Part shown: one piece after another, positions 35,189 to 43,183 of the stretch
How positions within the stretch are numbered: position 1 is the first letter of the stretch
Layout: each line of letters opens with the position of its first letter
Source: Thermoplasmata archaeon
GTDB lineage: Archaea; Thermoplasmatota; Thermoplasmata; Lutacidiplasmatales; UBA184
Assembly: GCA_022750155.1 (NCBI GenBank)
Contig: JAKIWG010000004.1
Coordinates: 20,783 to 84,782, forward strand
Length of the DNA: 64,000 nt
Direction: 5' to 3'
Position numbers and translations under genes: made by a program
The notes under the pieces: model-generated
What the model was told of the DNA's origin: nothing
What the model saw: only the letters and a program-made list of their open reading frames with translations
Databases searched by the model: none

Positions 35189-35902
35189 TTAACGTTCGCG
35201 GCCGCCGGAACGGCCCCCGTACCCTTCCCGGATCGTGCGAAGGAGCCCGACCATCATGGTCGGGCTCAGCCGGCCCGTGTTCGTGTTCTGAGGGCTCGGG
35301 TGGTAGGAGCCGTAGACCAGGGGGAGGCCGGGGCCGAGGACGGCGCATGCCCCATGGCCGAACGGGATCGTCGGCCGAGGGACCCCGTGGCAACGGGACG
35401 CCGCCTCCAAGGTGGCCCCCCAGGCGAAGCCCCCGAGGGCCAGATAGGCGCGTGTCTCGGTGAGAGCCTGGAATTCCCGGACGAGGAAAGGGAGGCAGTT
35501 CTGGAGCTCGCCGGGCTTCGGTTGGTTGTCGGGGGGGACGCATCGCACGGCTGCGGTCAGGAAGAGGTCGGTGTAGCGAAGGCCGTCCGCCCTTTTCGTC
35601 GAGGTCGGCTGATTGGCGAAACCCACGTCGAAGAACGCCCGGACGAGGAACGCGGCGGAGCGGTCCCCCGTGAACACGCGGCCCGTGCGGTTCGACCCGT
35701 GGGCGGCCGGCGCGAGGCCCACCACGACGAGCCGGGCCTGGGGATCTCCGAACCCCGGGACCGGTCGGCCCCAGTAGGTTTCATCCCGGAACTCCCTCTT
35801 GCGTTCCCGGGCCACCCGTTCGCGAAAGTCGACCAGGCGGGGGCACCGACGGCACCCGACCACCTCGTCGCGGAGTACGGCCAACGGCTCGGGAGGGGAC
35901 AT
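35189..35902 (-). CDS. Uracil-DNA glycosylase, Fe-S type (family 4/5; motif resembles family 5 UDGb)
   Basis: N-terminal CRRCPRL cysteines. Motif 'GLAPAAHGSNRTGRVFTGD' (GLAPA rather than the family-4 GEAPG). C-terminal HPSPQN. Confidence 0.8.
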   Translation of the reverse strand: MSPPEPLAVLRDEVVGCRRCPRLVDFRERVARERKREFRDETYWGRPVPGFGDPQARLVVVGLAPAAHGSNRTGRVFTGDRSAAFLVRAFFDVGFANQPTSTKRADGLRYTDLFLTAAVRCVPPDNQPKPGELQNCLPFLVREFQALTETRAYLALGGFAWGATLEAASRCHGVPRPTIPFGHGACAVLGPGLPLVYGSYHPSPQNTNTGRLSPTMMVGLLRTIREGYGGRSGGRER

Positions 35903-35953
35903 CCGGGGAGCGGACCCGCTCTAGAGCCCTTAACGAGCCGCCTGTCGGGGCGG

Positions 35954-36322
35954 TCAGCCCGGGGCACACCAGATCGATTGGACGCGGTCGAACACTTCGG
36001 GATGATTCGGGGTGGGGCGAACCCCCGCGCGGTACAGCAACCCGAGGACCCGCGCGGCTTGGCGAGGTGCAGAGCGCCCGTCGATCTCCACCGACACGGC
36101 GGCCGAAGCTCCTGCGGCGACGGCCTCGCGGAGGTCCGGCCCGTCGAGCACGAGGTGGAACGTATCCCCCTCGCGCCGTATCTCGGTTCGCAGCTCCCAA
36201 CCGACCGCCGCGATGCGACGGGCCACCTCGGCCCGTACCTCGAGGGCGAGCCCGTCGAGGTCGGTGGGGGTGATCGAACCCTCGCCCACCGCCTGGACTG
36301 CGATGGCCGGCTCGTCGCTCAT
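35954..36322 (-). CDS. 122-aa hypothetical protein, divergent from the bactofilin-like gene
   Basis: ATG start with a strong TATA island 21-33 bp upstream. Composition is protein-like (unlike the overlapping shadow ORFs). No family recognised. Confidence 0.5.
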   Translation of the reverse strand: MSDEPAIAVQAVGEGSITPTDLDGLALEVRAEVARRIAAVGWELRTEIRREGDTFHLVLDGPDLREAVAAGASAAVSVEIDGRSAPRQAARVLGLLYRAGVRPTPNHPEVFDRVQSIWCAPG

Positions 36323-36342
36323 CGGGCTACCTCAATCGCGCG

Positions 36343-36355
36343 ATATATAAATAAA
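36343..36355 (-). promoter_or_regulatory. Strong TATA island (TTTATTTATATAT on the minus strand)
   Basis: The longest pure A/T run I saw in the window (13 nt), 21-33 bp upstream of ATG 36322. Confidence 0.55.
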
Positions 36356-36497
36356 CCCTAATCGATGCATACTGGGGTCTCATACACGCAATTACTGCAG
36401 ATACTCGCCGCGGGACCCGCGGGGCGGAAACGCCGGGCCGCCCGTGACCTCCGCCCGCCCGGGAGTACTCCCGGACCTCACCACCGGTGACCTACCG

Positions 36498-36503
36498 TAT
36501 TTA
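36498..36503 (+). promoter_or_regulatory. TATA-like box TATTTA for the bactofilin-like gene
   Basis: 24-29 bp upstream of ATG 36527. Confidence 0.45.
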
Positions 36504-36526
36504 GAGAGAGGGACCCTCGACTCGTC

Positions 36527-37750
36527 ATGCCCGACCTTCATGTGGCCCGCGGAACCCGCGCGGTCGTGGACCGGGTCGAAGGCGACCTCATCGGAGAGCG
36601 GAACATCACCCTCTCCGCCGGGACCACGGGAATGATCGTGGTGACCGGCGCCGTCCGGTTGGAAGGCGATGCCCGAATCCAGTCCCCCCTCGAATGCAGG
36701 GCGCTCGACTGCGACGGCGGGACCGTTCGATTCGACGCGACCCTGACCGCCTCCGAGGAGGTCCGAGCCGAGGACACCCGCCTTGAGGTGGGTGGGAGGT
36801 TCGTCTCCCGACGGGTGGACGTCGGTCGCTCCCTGCTGCTCGAAGGGGAGGCCATCGCGGAAAGGATCGAGGTCGGCGGGACGCTCGACGCCCGTCAAGG
36901 CGTTCAGTCGGACTCCGTCCAGGTCGGCGGAACCCTCCAGGTGCGGGGCCTTCTCAAGGGCCGCGAGTTGAGCGTCGGGGGCTCGGCCCAGCTCGCGACG
37001 GTGGACCTCGAGGAACTGGAGGTGGGCGGTGCGGTGGAGCTCGTGAGCGGGGCCGTCCGCCGGAAGATCCGGGTGGGAGGGGTGTTCGCCAGCCAAGGGT
37101 CCCTGGTCTACGGCTCCATCGAAGTGGGCGGGGTGGCCCGCCTTGGGGGGTCGAGCCGCGGCGAATCGATCGAGGTGGGCGGAAAGTTCTCCTGCGCGGG
37201 CGAGCTCGTGTTCACGCGTCTCGAGGTGGGCGGCGTGGCCGACCTGGGTGCGGGCGCCACCGGCGCCGATGTCGAGGTCGGGGGTCGGATCGAGGTGGCG
37301 GGAGGACTGACCTTGACCGCCAACCTCGAGGTCGGCGGGAACGCCCGATTCGCGGGCGATGTGCGCGGGGCCAACCTGGAGGTAGGCGGCGCCTTCGAGA
37401 GCCGAACGGCGATTCTCTCCGGGCGAGCCGAGGTGGGGGGGTCGATTCGTACCACGGGAGGCGTCAAGGCGCACCGACTCGAACTCGGCCGGAAGGCCGA
37501 AGCCCGGGGCCCGCTCGTTGGAGACGAGGTGGTGCTCGGGAGAGGAGCTCGCGCGGGGGAGGTGTTCGGCCGCCACGTGGAAGTCGGCGACAGTGCGACC
37601 GCGGAGCACGTCGTCGGCGAGTCGGTGGAGCTCGGGGACCACGCGAGCGTCGCGCGGGTCGAGTACACCCAGGAGCTGAAGGTCGGGCGGAAGGCGGAGG
37701 TGGGCAGTCCGCCGACCCGATTGGCCGAACTCCCCGCTTTTCCCCTCTGA
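36527..37750 (+). CDS. Extended bactofilin-like (polymer-forming cytoskeletal, DUF583-type) beta-helix protein
   Basis: 13 regular 'x-E-V-G-G' turns at residues 88-303, with a 17-residue period from the second turn onward, flanked by degenerate turns (VDVGR, LELGR, VEVGD, VELGD, LKVGR). Bactofilin beta-helix windings are about 17-18 aa. Confidence 0.8.
   Translation: MPDLHVARGTRAVVDRVEGDLIGERNITLSAGTTGMIVVTGAVRLEGDARIQSPLECRALDCDGGTVRFDATLTASEEVRAEDTRLEVGGRFVSRRVDVGRSLLLEGEAIAERIEVGGTLDARQGVQSDSVQVGGTLQVRGLLKGRELSVGGSAQLATVDLEELEVGGAVELVSGAVRRKIRVGGVFASQGSLVYGSIEVGGVARLGGSSRGESIEVGGKFSCAGELVFTRLEVGGVADLGAGATGADVEVGGRIEVAGGLTLTANLEVGGNARFAGDVRGANLEVGGAFESRTAILSGRAEVGGSIRTTGGVKAHRLELGRKAEARGPLVGDEVVLGRGARAGEVFGRHVEVGDSATAEHVVGESVELGDHASVARVEYTQELKVGRKAEVGSPPTRLAELPAFPL
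36788..37441 (+). repeat. 51-nt periodic coding repeat (13 x 17-aa EVGG turns) inside the bactofilin-like gene
   Basis: V of each VGG falls at residues 88,116,133,150,166,183,200,217,234,251,269,286,303. The DNA shows recurring tcgaGGTgGGcGG-like units. Confidence 0.8.
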
Positions 37751-37763
37751 TTCTCGGAGAGCC

Positions 37764-38087
37764 GTGGGCGCTCCGTCGGATACGGCGAGCGCTTCGGGCG
37801 CCCGACGCCGGGAGCAGACCGACCTCTACGCGACGATCCTGGAGGTCGTCAAGCGTCACCGGGGGCAGGCCCGCATCACCCGAATCTCCTACGGGGCGGG
37901 AATGCCGGTGGATCGATTGCGCGTCTCGATCGACCGGTTGGCGGCGCTCGGGCTCCTGAGGTCACGAACCGACGAGGGTCGCACCGTGTACGACGTGACA
38001 CCGAGGGGTCAGGAGTTCCTGACCCTCTATTGGCGGATGCGGGCGTACACCGAGATGCTCGACCCAGCTCCGGTCGTGCTCCGGTAG
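37764..38087 (+). CDS. Small winged-helix DNA-binding protein (COG3432-like archaeal regulator)
   Basis: 'LYATILEVVKRHRGQARITRISYGAGMPVDRLRVSIDRLAALGLLRS..GRTVYDVTPRGQEFL' is a wHTH pattern. GTG start 13 bp after the bactofilin-like stop. Confidence 0.65.
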   Translation: MGAPSDTASASGARRREQTDLYATILEVVKRHRGQARITRISYGAGMPVDRLRVSIDRLAALGLLRSRTDEGRTVYDVTPRGQEFLTLYWRMRAYTEMLDPAPVVLR

Positions 38088-38111
38088 GCCCCGACGTGCG
38101 CGGAATCCCTC

Positions 38112-38435
38112 TCAGTAACGGGCGACTCGGTCGTCGACGGTCCTCGACCACGCGTCGATGCCGCCGGTAAGGTTCGTGAGGCGTTCAAAGCCCTCGCTCT
38201 CGAGGTAGGAAACGACGGCGATCGAACGGGACCCATGGTGGCAGTACACGACGACGTCCCGGTCACGGGGAATCTCGCCGAGACGGTCGGCGATCTCGGC
38301 CATCGGGATGTGGAGGGAAGGTTCGATGTAGGCGAGCTCCCGCTCTTCGGGCTCCCGCACATCGAGGAGGAGGTATCGTCCGGCGTTCTCGCCGAGTTCG
38401 GTGGCGATCTGCTTCGCGGACTTGGAGGCTACCAT
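38112..38435 (-). CDS. Single-domain rhodanese (sulfurtransferase)
   Basis: 'LLLDVREPEERE..GHIPGSLHIP'-like pattern and the active-site loop VVVYCHHGSRS. Start trimmed to ATG 38435; the ORF continues to 38681 with low-complexity sequence. Confidence 0.75.
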   Translation of the reverse strand: MVASKSAKQIATELGENAGRYLLLDVREPEERELAYIEPSLHIPMAEIADRLGEIPRDRDVVVYCHHGSRSIAVVSYLESEGFERLTNLTGGIDAWSRTVDDRVARY

Positions 38436-38719
38436 AGGGGCGACGGTTTGGCCGGAAGCCGGAGGCGCCAAAGCCGTTTCGGCCGATCCCACTTCCGACG
38501 CGAGCCCGACGGGGAATCCGTTCCCCCCCGAGCCCGTGGGACCTCCCTCGAGGAAACACCGCCGCGGATCGCACGAGATGAGCGGGGCGTGAGATGGACG
38601 GAGGGGTGCCCCCCGTCGCACCGCATCGCTCCTTGGCCCAACAGTGGAGCCGAGGACGCGATCGCACGACGCGAAGCTCATGAGCTCCGACGAAGTTCCA
38701 AGCCCCGGAAGGCCGGTCG

Positions 38720-38860
38720 ATGCAGGTGAAGGATCCGATCTGCGGGATGGTCATCGAGTCGGAGAAAGCGGCTGCCCACGGCACGTACGACGGGCAAGAG
38801 GTCTACTTCTGTGCCCTGAGCTGCCAGAAGACGTTCGAAGCCCGTCGAGCGAAGCGCTGA
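38720..38860 (+). CDS. 46-aa YHS/TRASH-type metal-binding miniprotein (absent from the supplied ORF track)
   Basis: My translation: MQVKDPICGMVIESEKAAAHGTYDGQEVYFCALSCQKTFEARRAKR*. The DPxCGM...YxFC..C..F pattern is the YHS domain. High GC3. It lies directly upstream of copA. Confidence 0.75.
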   Translation: MQVKDPICGMVIESEKAAAHGTYDGQEVYFCALSCQKTFEARRAKR

Positions 38861-38930
38861 GCGAGCCGCGGGAGCGGGTCGAACTACTGCCACTCTCGGG
38901 ATCGGAATCGGCGACCGACGGAGGGCGAAC

Positions 38931-41033
38931 GTGGCGACGGACCCGATCTGCGGGATGTACGTCGACGAGGTCGGTGCCTCTCTCAAGCTGACCCGTGGGA
39001 CCCGGACCTACTACTTCTGCGCGAGCAGTTGTCTCGAACAGTTCGCCGCGCCTGGCCTCCATCAGAGCCGGCTGCGGCGTGAGCTCCTCGTCGCGTGGCC
39101 CCTGGCGGCGACCATCGCTCTGCTCACGTACCTCGAGTTCCCGTTCTCCGGCTCGACATTGATCGCCGCCGGGCTCGCGAGCATCGTCCAGTTCTACCCC
39201 GGGCTGGCGTTCTACCGGGGGACCCTCGACGCATTGCGGGCTCGGATGGGCAACATGGACGTCCTCATTGCGGTCGGCACCTCGGCCGCGTACCTCTACA
39301 GCGTAGCGGTGGTCCTCGAACCCGGCCGCCTACCCCCGGCATTGTACTTCGACGCCTCCTCCCTGATCATCGCGTTGATCCTCACCGGCAACTACCTGGA
39401 GCAGCGCACTCGGGACCGCGCCGGTGCGACCCTCCGGCGTCTCGGGGAGCTCCTCCCGCGCATCGCCCATCGGTGGGACGGCCGGACCGAGTCCGAGGTT
39501 CCCGTCGATGCGCTCCGCGCCGGCGATATCATCCGGGTGCGCGCGGGCGAACGATTCCCTGCCGACGGGGCGATCCACAGCGGGCACAGCAGCTCGAACG
39601 AATCGTTGCTCACGGGCGAGCCGCTTCCGGTGCAGAAAGGACCGGCCGACCGGGTGCTCGCCGGGTCCCTCAACGGAGACGGGTTGCTCGAGGTGGAGGT
39701 TACACAGGTCGGACCCGACACGTTGGTCGCCCAGGTCGGGCAGCTCGTCGCCGAGGCCGAGACCAGCCGCGTCCCGTTGCAGCGCCTCGCCGACCGGATC
39801 GCCGCCGCGTTCGTGCCGGCCGTGCTCCTCCTGTCGGTGATCGCGGCCTCCCTGTGGGCGGTGTTCGGCCGTGCCACGCCCACCGAGGCCCTCCTGATCT
39901 TCGTCACCGTGGTCATCATTGCATGCCCGTGCGCCTTCGGGATCGCGACTCCGGCGGCGGTCGTCGTCGGCACGGGCCGGGCCGCCGACGCAGGGATCCT
40001 GTACAAGGGCCACGACGCGATCGAGCGCGCAGCGCGGATCGACCTCGTCCTCACCGACAAGACCGGAACTCTGACCCGTGGCCGGCCGACGCTCGTCCGG
40101 ACGGTGACCGGAACCGAGTTGACCGAAGCGACCGCCCTTGCGTGGGCCGCGGGCCTCGAAGCCGGGTCCACGCATCCGTTCGCGGAGGCCGTGCGGGGGG
40201 AGGCGGCGGGCCGGGGGATCGCGCCGGTGCGGGTCACCGGCGCCACGAACGAGCCGGGACGAGGGGTCAGCGGCACGATCGACGGGCAGACTACCAGCCT
40301 GTGGGGGTTGGACGCGGCGCTGGCCGCCCACGTCTCCCTCGACCGCTGGAGCGATCGTTGGGCAACTCCGCAGGATGCGTCGGTCAGCTGGTCGGTCCTG
40401 GTCCGGGAGGGAAACGCGCTCGGCCTGCTCGGTTTCGCCGACGAGGTGGCCCCGGCGGCGGCCGCGGCGGTCGCGGCGCTCCGCGAGGACGGAATCGAAG
40501 TCGAGATGGTCACCGGGGACCGGGAGAGCACCGCCCGCGCTGTGGCGAGCTCGGTGGGCATCCGCATCATTCACGCGCGGGCATCCCCCGCCGAGAAGCT
40601 CCGTATTCTTCGGATGCGCCAGGGCGAGGGCCATCGCGTGGCGTTCGTGGGCGACGGGATCAACGACGCGGCGGCGCTCACCGCCGCCGATGTGGGGATC
40701 GCGATCGGTGCGGGCGCCGAGGTGGCCAAGGAGGCGGGTCAGATCCTCCTGCTGCGTACCGAGTTCGAGGGGGTCCCGCTGGCCCTCCGGGTCGCGCGAG
40801 GGACGGTGGGCAAGGTGCGCCAGAACCTCCGGTGGGCGATCGGGTACAACGCGTTTCTCCTCCCCGTAGCGGCCGGAGTGCTCGTGCCCTTCCTCGGGTT
40901 CGGCGTCTATGCCGAGCTCCCGATCCTGGGTGCGGTCGCGATGGCGCTCTCCTCCACGACCGTCGTCCTCAACTCCCTCTCGCTTCGGTGGATCTCCCTT
41001 CCCGGTGGACGGCGCGCGACCCCTTCGGGATGA
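38931..41033 (+). CDS. copA: Copper-translocating P1B-type ATPase with an N-terminal YHS domain instead of an HMA domain
   Basis: N-terminal DPICGMYVDE..YYFCASSCLEQF. TM CPC motif (IIACPCAFGIATP). DKTGTLT phosphorylation site and GDGINDA hinge. GTG start. Confidence 0.92.
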   Translation: MATDPICGMYVDEVGASLKLTRGTRTYYFCASSCLEQFAAPGLHQSRLRRELLVAWPLAATIALLTYLEFPFSGSTLIAAGLASIVQFYPGLAFYRGTLDALRARMGNMDVLIAVGTSAAYLYSVAVVLEPGRLPPALYFDASSLIIALILTGNYLEQRTRDRAGATLRRLGELLPRIAHRWDGRTESEVPVDALRAGDIIRVRAGERFPADGAIHSGHSSSNESLLTGEPLPVQKGPADRVLAGSLNGDGLLEVEVTQVGPDTLVAQVGQLVAEAETSRVPLQRLADRIAAAFVPAVLLLSVIAASLWAVFGRATPTEALLIFVTVVIIACPCAFGIATPAAVVVGTGRAADAGILYKGHDAIERAARIDLVLTDKTGTLTRGRPTLVRTVTGTELTEATALAWAAGLEAGSTHPFAEAVRGEAAGRGIAPVRVTGATNEPGRGVSGTIDGQTTSLWGLDAALAAHVSLDRWSDRWATPQDASVSWSVLVREGNALGLLGFADEVAPAAAAAVAALREDGIEVEMVTGDRESTARAVASSVGIRIIHARASPAEKLRILRMRQGEGHRVAFVGDGINDAAALTAADVGIAIGAGAEVAKEAGQILLLRTEFEGVPLALRVARGTVGKVRQNLRWAIGYNAFLLPVAAGVLVPFLGFGVYAELPILGAVAMALSSTTVVLNSLSLRWISLPGGRRATPSG

Positions 41034-41150
41034 TCAGTTACCTGGAACACGGGTCTCCGCCCACGGGAGAGTTACGTAGCACTCCCGGAAACGGGCCCTC
41101 GCCGCGTCGCGAAAGTCTTTTGGGAGGGAGCCTGGTCCAACTTCCGTTCG

Positions 41151-42116
41151 ATGGGCGACCAGGACCTCTCTTCCGAGCTCGCCGGGCAGGGGTACCAGCT
41201 GACGGGCCGCCATAGCGCGGTGAAGCTCTGCTACTGGACCCGCCAGTCGCTGGTCCACGGCCGGGACTGCTACAAGGGACGGTTCTACGGGATCGAGAGC
41301 CACCGATGCCTGCAGATGTCGCCGGCGATCGATTCCTGCAATCTCCACTGCCGCTTTTGCTGGCGGAACCAGGGGTGGGAGAACGACGCGATGATGACCG
41401 AGTACGACGACCCGGAGGCGCTCCTCGACCGGTCGATCGAGGCCCAGCGCCGGATCCTTTCCGGGTTCAAGGGCGAGGCGACGGTCTCCATCCAGCGTTG
41501 GGAGGAGTCGCAGGCCCCGCGCCATATCGCCATCTCGCTGACGGGCGAGCCCACGCTCTATCCGAAGATGAACCGGTTCCTGGAACTCTGCCACGAGCGG
41601 AACATTACGACCTTCCTCGTGACGAACGGGACGAATCCCGATGGGCTTCGGGCGATGAACCCGCTCCCGACGCAGCTCTACGTCTCGGTCACGGCGCCCA
41701 ATCCGGAGATCTTCCGTAGGCTCACGCTTCCGGCGCACGAGGATGCGTGGGAGCGACTCCAGGAATCGCTGTCGATCATCCGGGGACTGAAGACGCGTCG
41801 GGTCGTCCGCCATACGCTCGTCCGAGGCTGGAACCTGGGGTGGGTCGACCAGTACGCCGAGATGGACCTGCTCGCCCGACCGGATTACATCGAGCCCAAG
41901 GGCTACGTCTACATGGGCCGGTCCCGCCAGCGCCTCGGCCGCGACCACGTCCCGAGCCACTCGCAGATCGACGAGTTCGCCCGCACCCTCGCGCGAAGGA
42001 CCGGTTACTCCGTGCTCGACGAGTCCCCCGAGTCGAAGGTGTTCCTGCTGGGGACCTCGAACGAGGGGCGGTATCTGCCCGGACTCGCCCCCGAGGCGGC
42101 CAGCGCCGTCGGCTAG
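41151..42116 (+). CDS. taw1: tRNA 4-demethylwyosine synthase (radical SAM, Taw1/TYW1)
   Basis: Radical-SAM cluster CNLHCRFCWR, upstream Cys residues for the second cluster, and 'SLTGEPTLYP'. 321 aa. Confidence 0.88.
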   Translation: MGDQDLSSELAGQGYQLTGRHSAVKLCYWTRQSLVHGRDCYKGRFYGIESHRCLQMSPAIDSCNLHCRFCWRNQGWENDAMMTEYDDPEALLDRSIEAQRRILSGFKGEATVSIQRWEESQAPRHIAISLTGEPTLYPKMNRFLELCHERNITTFLVTNGTNPDGLRAMNPLPTQLYVSVTAPNPEIFRRLTLPAHEDAWERLQESLSIIRGLKTRRVVRHTLVRGWNLGWVDQYAEMDLLARPDYIEPKGYVYMGRSRQRLGRDHVPSHSQIDEFARTLARRTGYSVLDESPESKVFLLGTSNEGRYLPGLAPEAASAVG

Positions 42117-42125
42117 GGCCGGTCC

Positions 42126-42227
42126 CTATACGAACTTCCAGTTGAGGACTTCGACGAGGATCGCTGCGCTGATCCCGAGGATCAGGACGATCACCGGGTC
42201 GATCTTGAGCGACCGGGTCTCCTCCAT
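42126..42227 (-). CDS. Possible 33-aa single-TM miniprotein (not in the ORF track)
   Basis: My translation: MEETRSLKIDPVIVLILGISAAILVEVLNWKFV*. Mostly G/C third positions. No homology claim. Confidence 0.35.
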   Translation of the reverse strand: MEETRSLKIDPVIVLILGISAAILVEVLNWKFV

Positions 42228-42356
42228 GTCGTAGTATTGGATGAGACCAGCTGCGGAGTGGAACCCACTCTTCTTGCTGTCGGCGGGCATGTCCGAACGA
42301 CCATCGCGGGACTATTTATGGCTGGTGCGGCGGGAGGGGGTCCGCCTCGGCGCAGA

Positions 42357-43148
42357 TCACCGGGTGCGACCGAGCCACGACTCCAGCAGAAGGTCCTCGA
42401 CCGCGTCGCGCACGCCCATCCCGACCCCGGCGGTCAGGACCGAGCTCCCGCGCCCCATCATCCGTTCCAGGAACGCCCTAGGGGGCGAGACCAGAACGGT
42501 CTTCTCCGGACGGACCGAGGCGATCCTCGCAAGGTCGAGGAGCGCTTCCTCGCGGTCGCCGAGCGCGTCGACGAGCCCGAGCTTGAGGGCCGTCTTCCCG
42601 CTCCAGAACTCCCCGGTGGCCAAGGTCCGGATCTGTTCTACCGGTTGGTGGCGCTCCCGGGCGACGAGCTCGACGAACGAAGAGTAGCTATCGTCCGCGA
42701 CGGCCAACAGCTTGCCCCGCTCCTCTTCGGTCAGCGGACGAAGGCCCTGGTAGGCGTCCTTGTGGCGACCGACGTGGAGGAGCTCGACCTTGACCCCGAT
42801 CTTGGCGAGCAGCTCCTCCACCGCCAGGTGGGGGAAGATGACACCGATCGAGCCGACCTCGGAGTCCGGGTAGGCGTAGATCTTGCGCGCGCCGAGGGCG
42901 GCCATGTACGCCCCGGAGGCACCGATCGACCCGATCGAGGCGACCACGGGCTTGACCTCGTTGAGACGCTTGACGGCCCAGTACAGGTCGGTGGATGGGA
43001 TGGCGCCTCCGCCGCCGCTCGAGATGTCCAGGAGGACGCCCCGAACGCGACGCTTCGAGCGCAGCGCCTTCAACAGTCGCAGGTACGGCTCGACGGAACG
43101 ATCGCGGATGGTCCCGCGGAACTGCACATGGGCCAGGAGCTCGCGCAC
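42357..43148 (-). CDS. sppA: Signal peptide peptidase SppA (S49 family, 36K type)
   Basis: 'GVLLDISSGGG', 'IGASGAYMAAL' and the Ser nucleophile context 'SEVGSIGV'. GTG start. Confidence 0.85.
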   Translation of the reverse strand: MRELLAHVQFRGTIRDRSVEPYLRLLKALRSKRRVRGVLLDISSGGGGAIPSTDLYWAVKRLNEVKPVVASIGSIGASGAYMAALGARKIYAYPDSEVGSIGVIFPHLAVEELLAKIGVKVELLHVGRHKDAYQGLRPLTEEERGKLLAVADDSYSSFVELVARERHQPVEQIRTLATGEFWSGKTALKLGLVDALGDREEALLDLARIASVRPEKTVLVSPPRAFLERMMGRGSSVLTAGVGMGVRDAVEDLLLESWLGRTR

Positions 43149-43175
43149 GGTGAGGATCTCTGCACCTCCCCCGCC

Positions 43176-43183
43176 GTTAAAGC
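43176..43183 (-). promoter_or_regulatory. TATA-like box (GCTTTAAC on the minus strand) for sppA
   Basis: 28-35 bp upstream of the GTG at 43148. Confidence 0.4.

Noticed and set aside
36365-36496. 43-codon plus-strand ORF (MHTGVSYTQLLQILAAG...) in the gap upstream of the bactofilin-like gene.
   Set aside because: Third-position composition is mixed at its start and the tail is Arg/Pro-rich. It overlaps the TATA element of the downstream gene and resembles no family.
36788-37441. Regular 51-nt DNA periodicity that could superficially suggest a CRISPR or tandem-repeat array.
   Set aside because: The period is in frame and encodes the EVGG turns of a beta-helix protein. The units are degenerate at the DNA level, with no spacer/repeat alternation and no cas genes.
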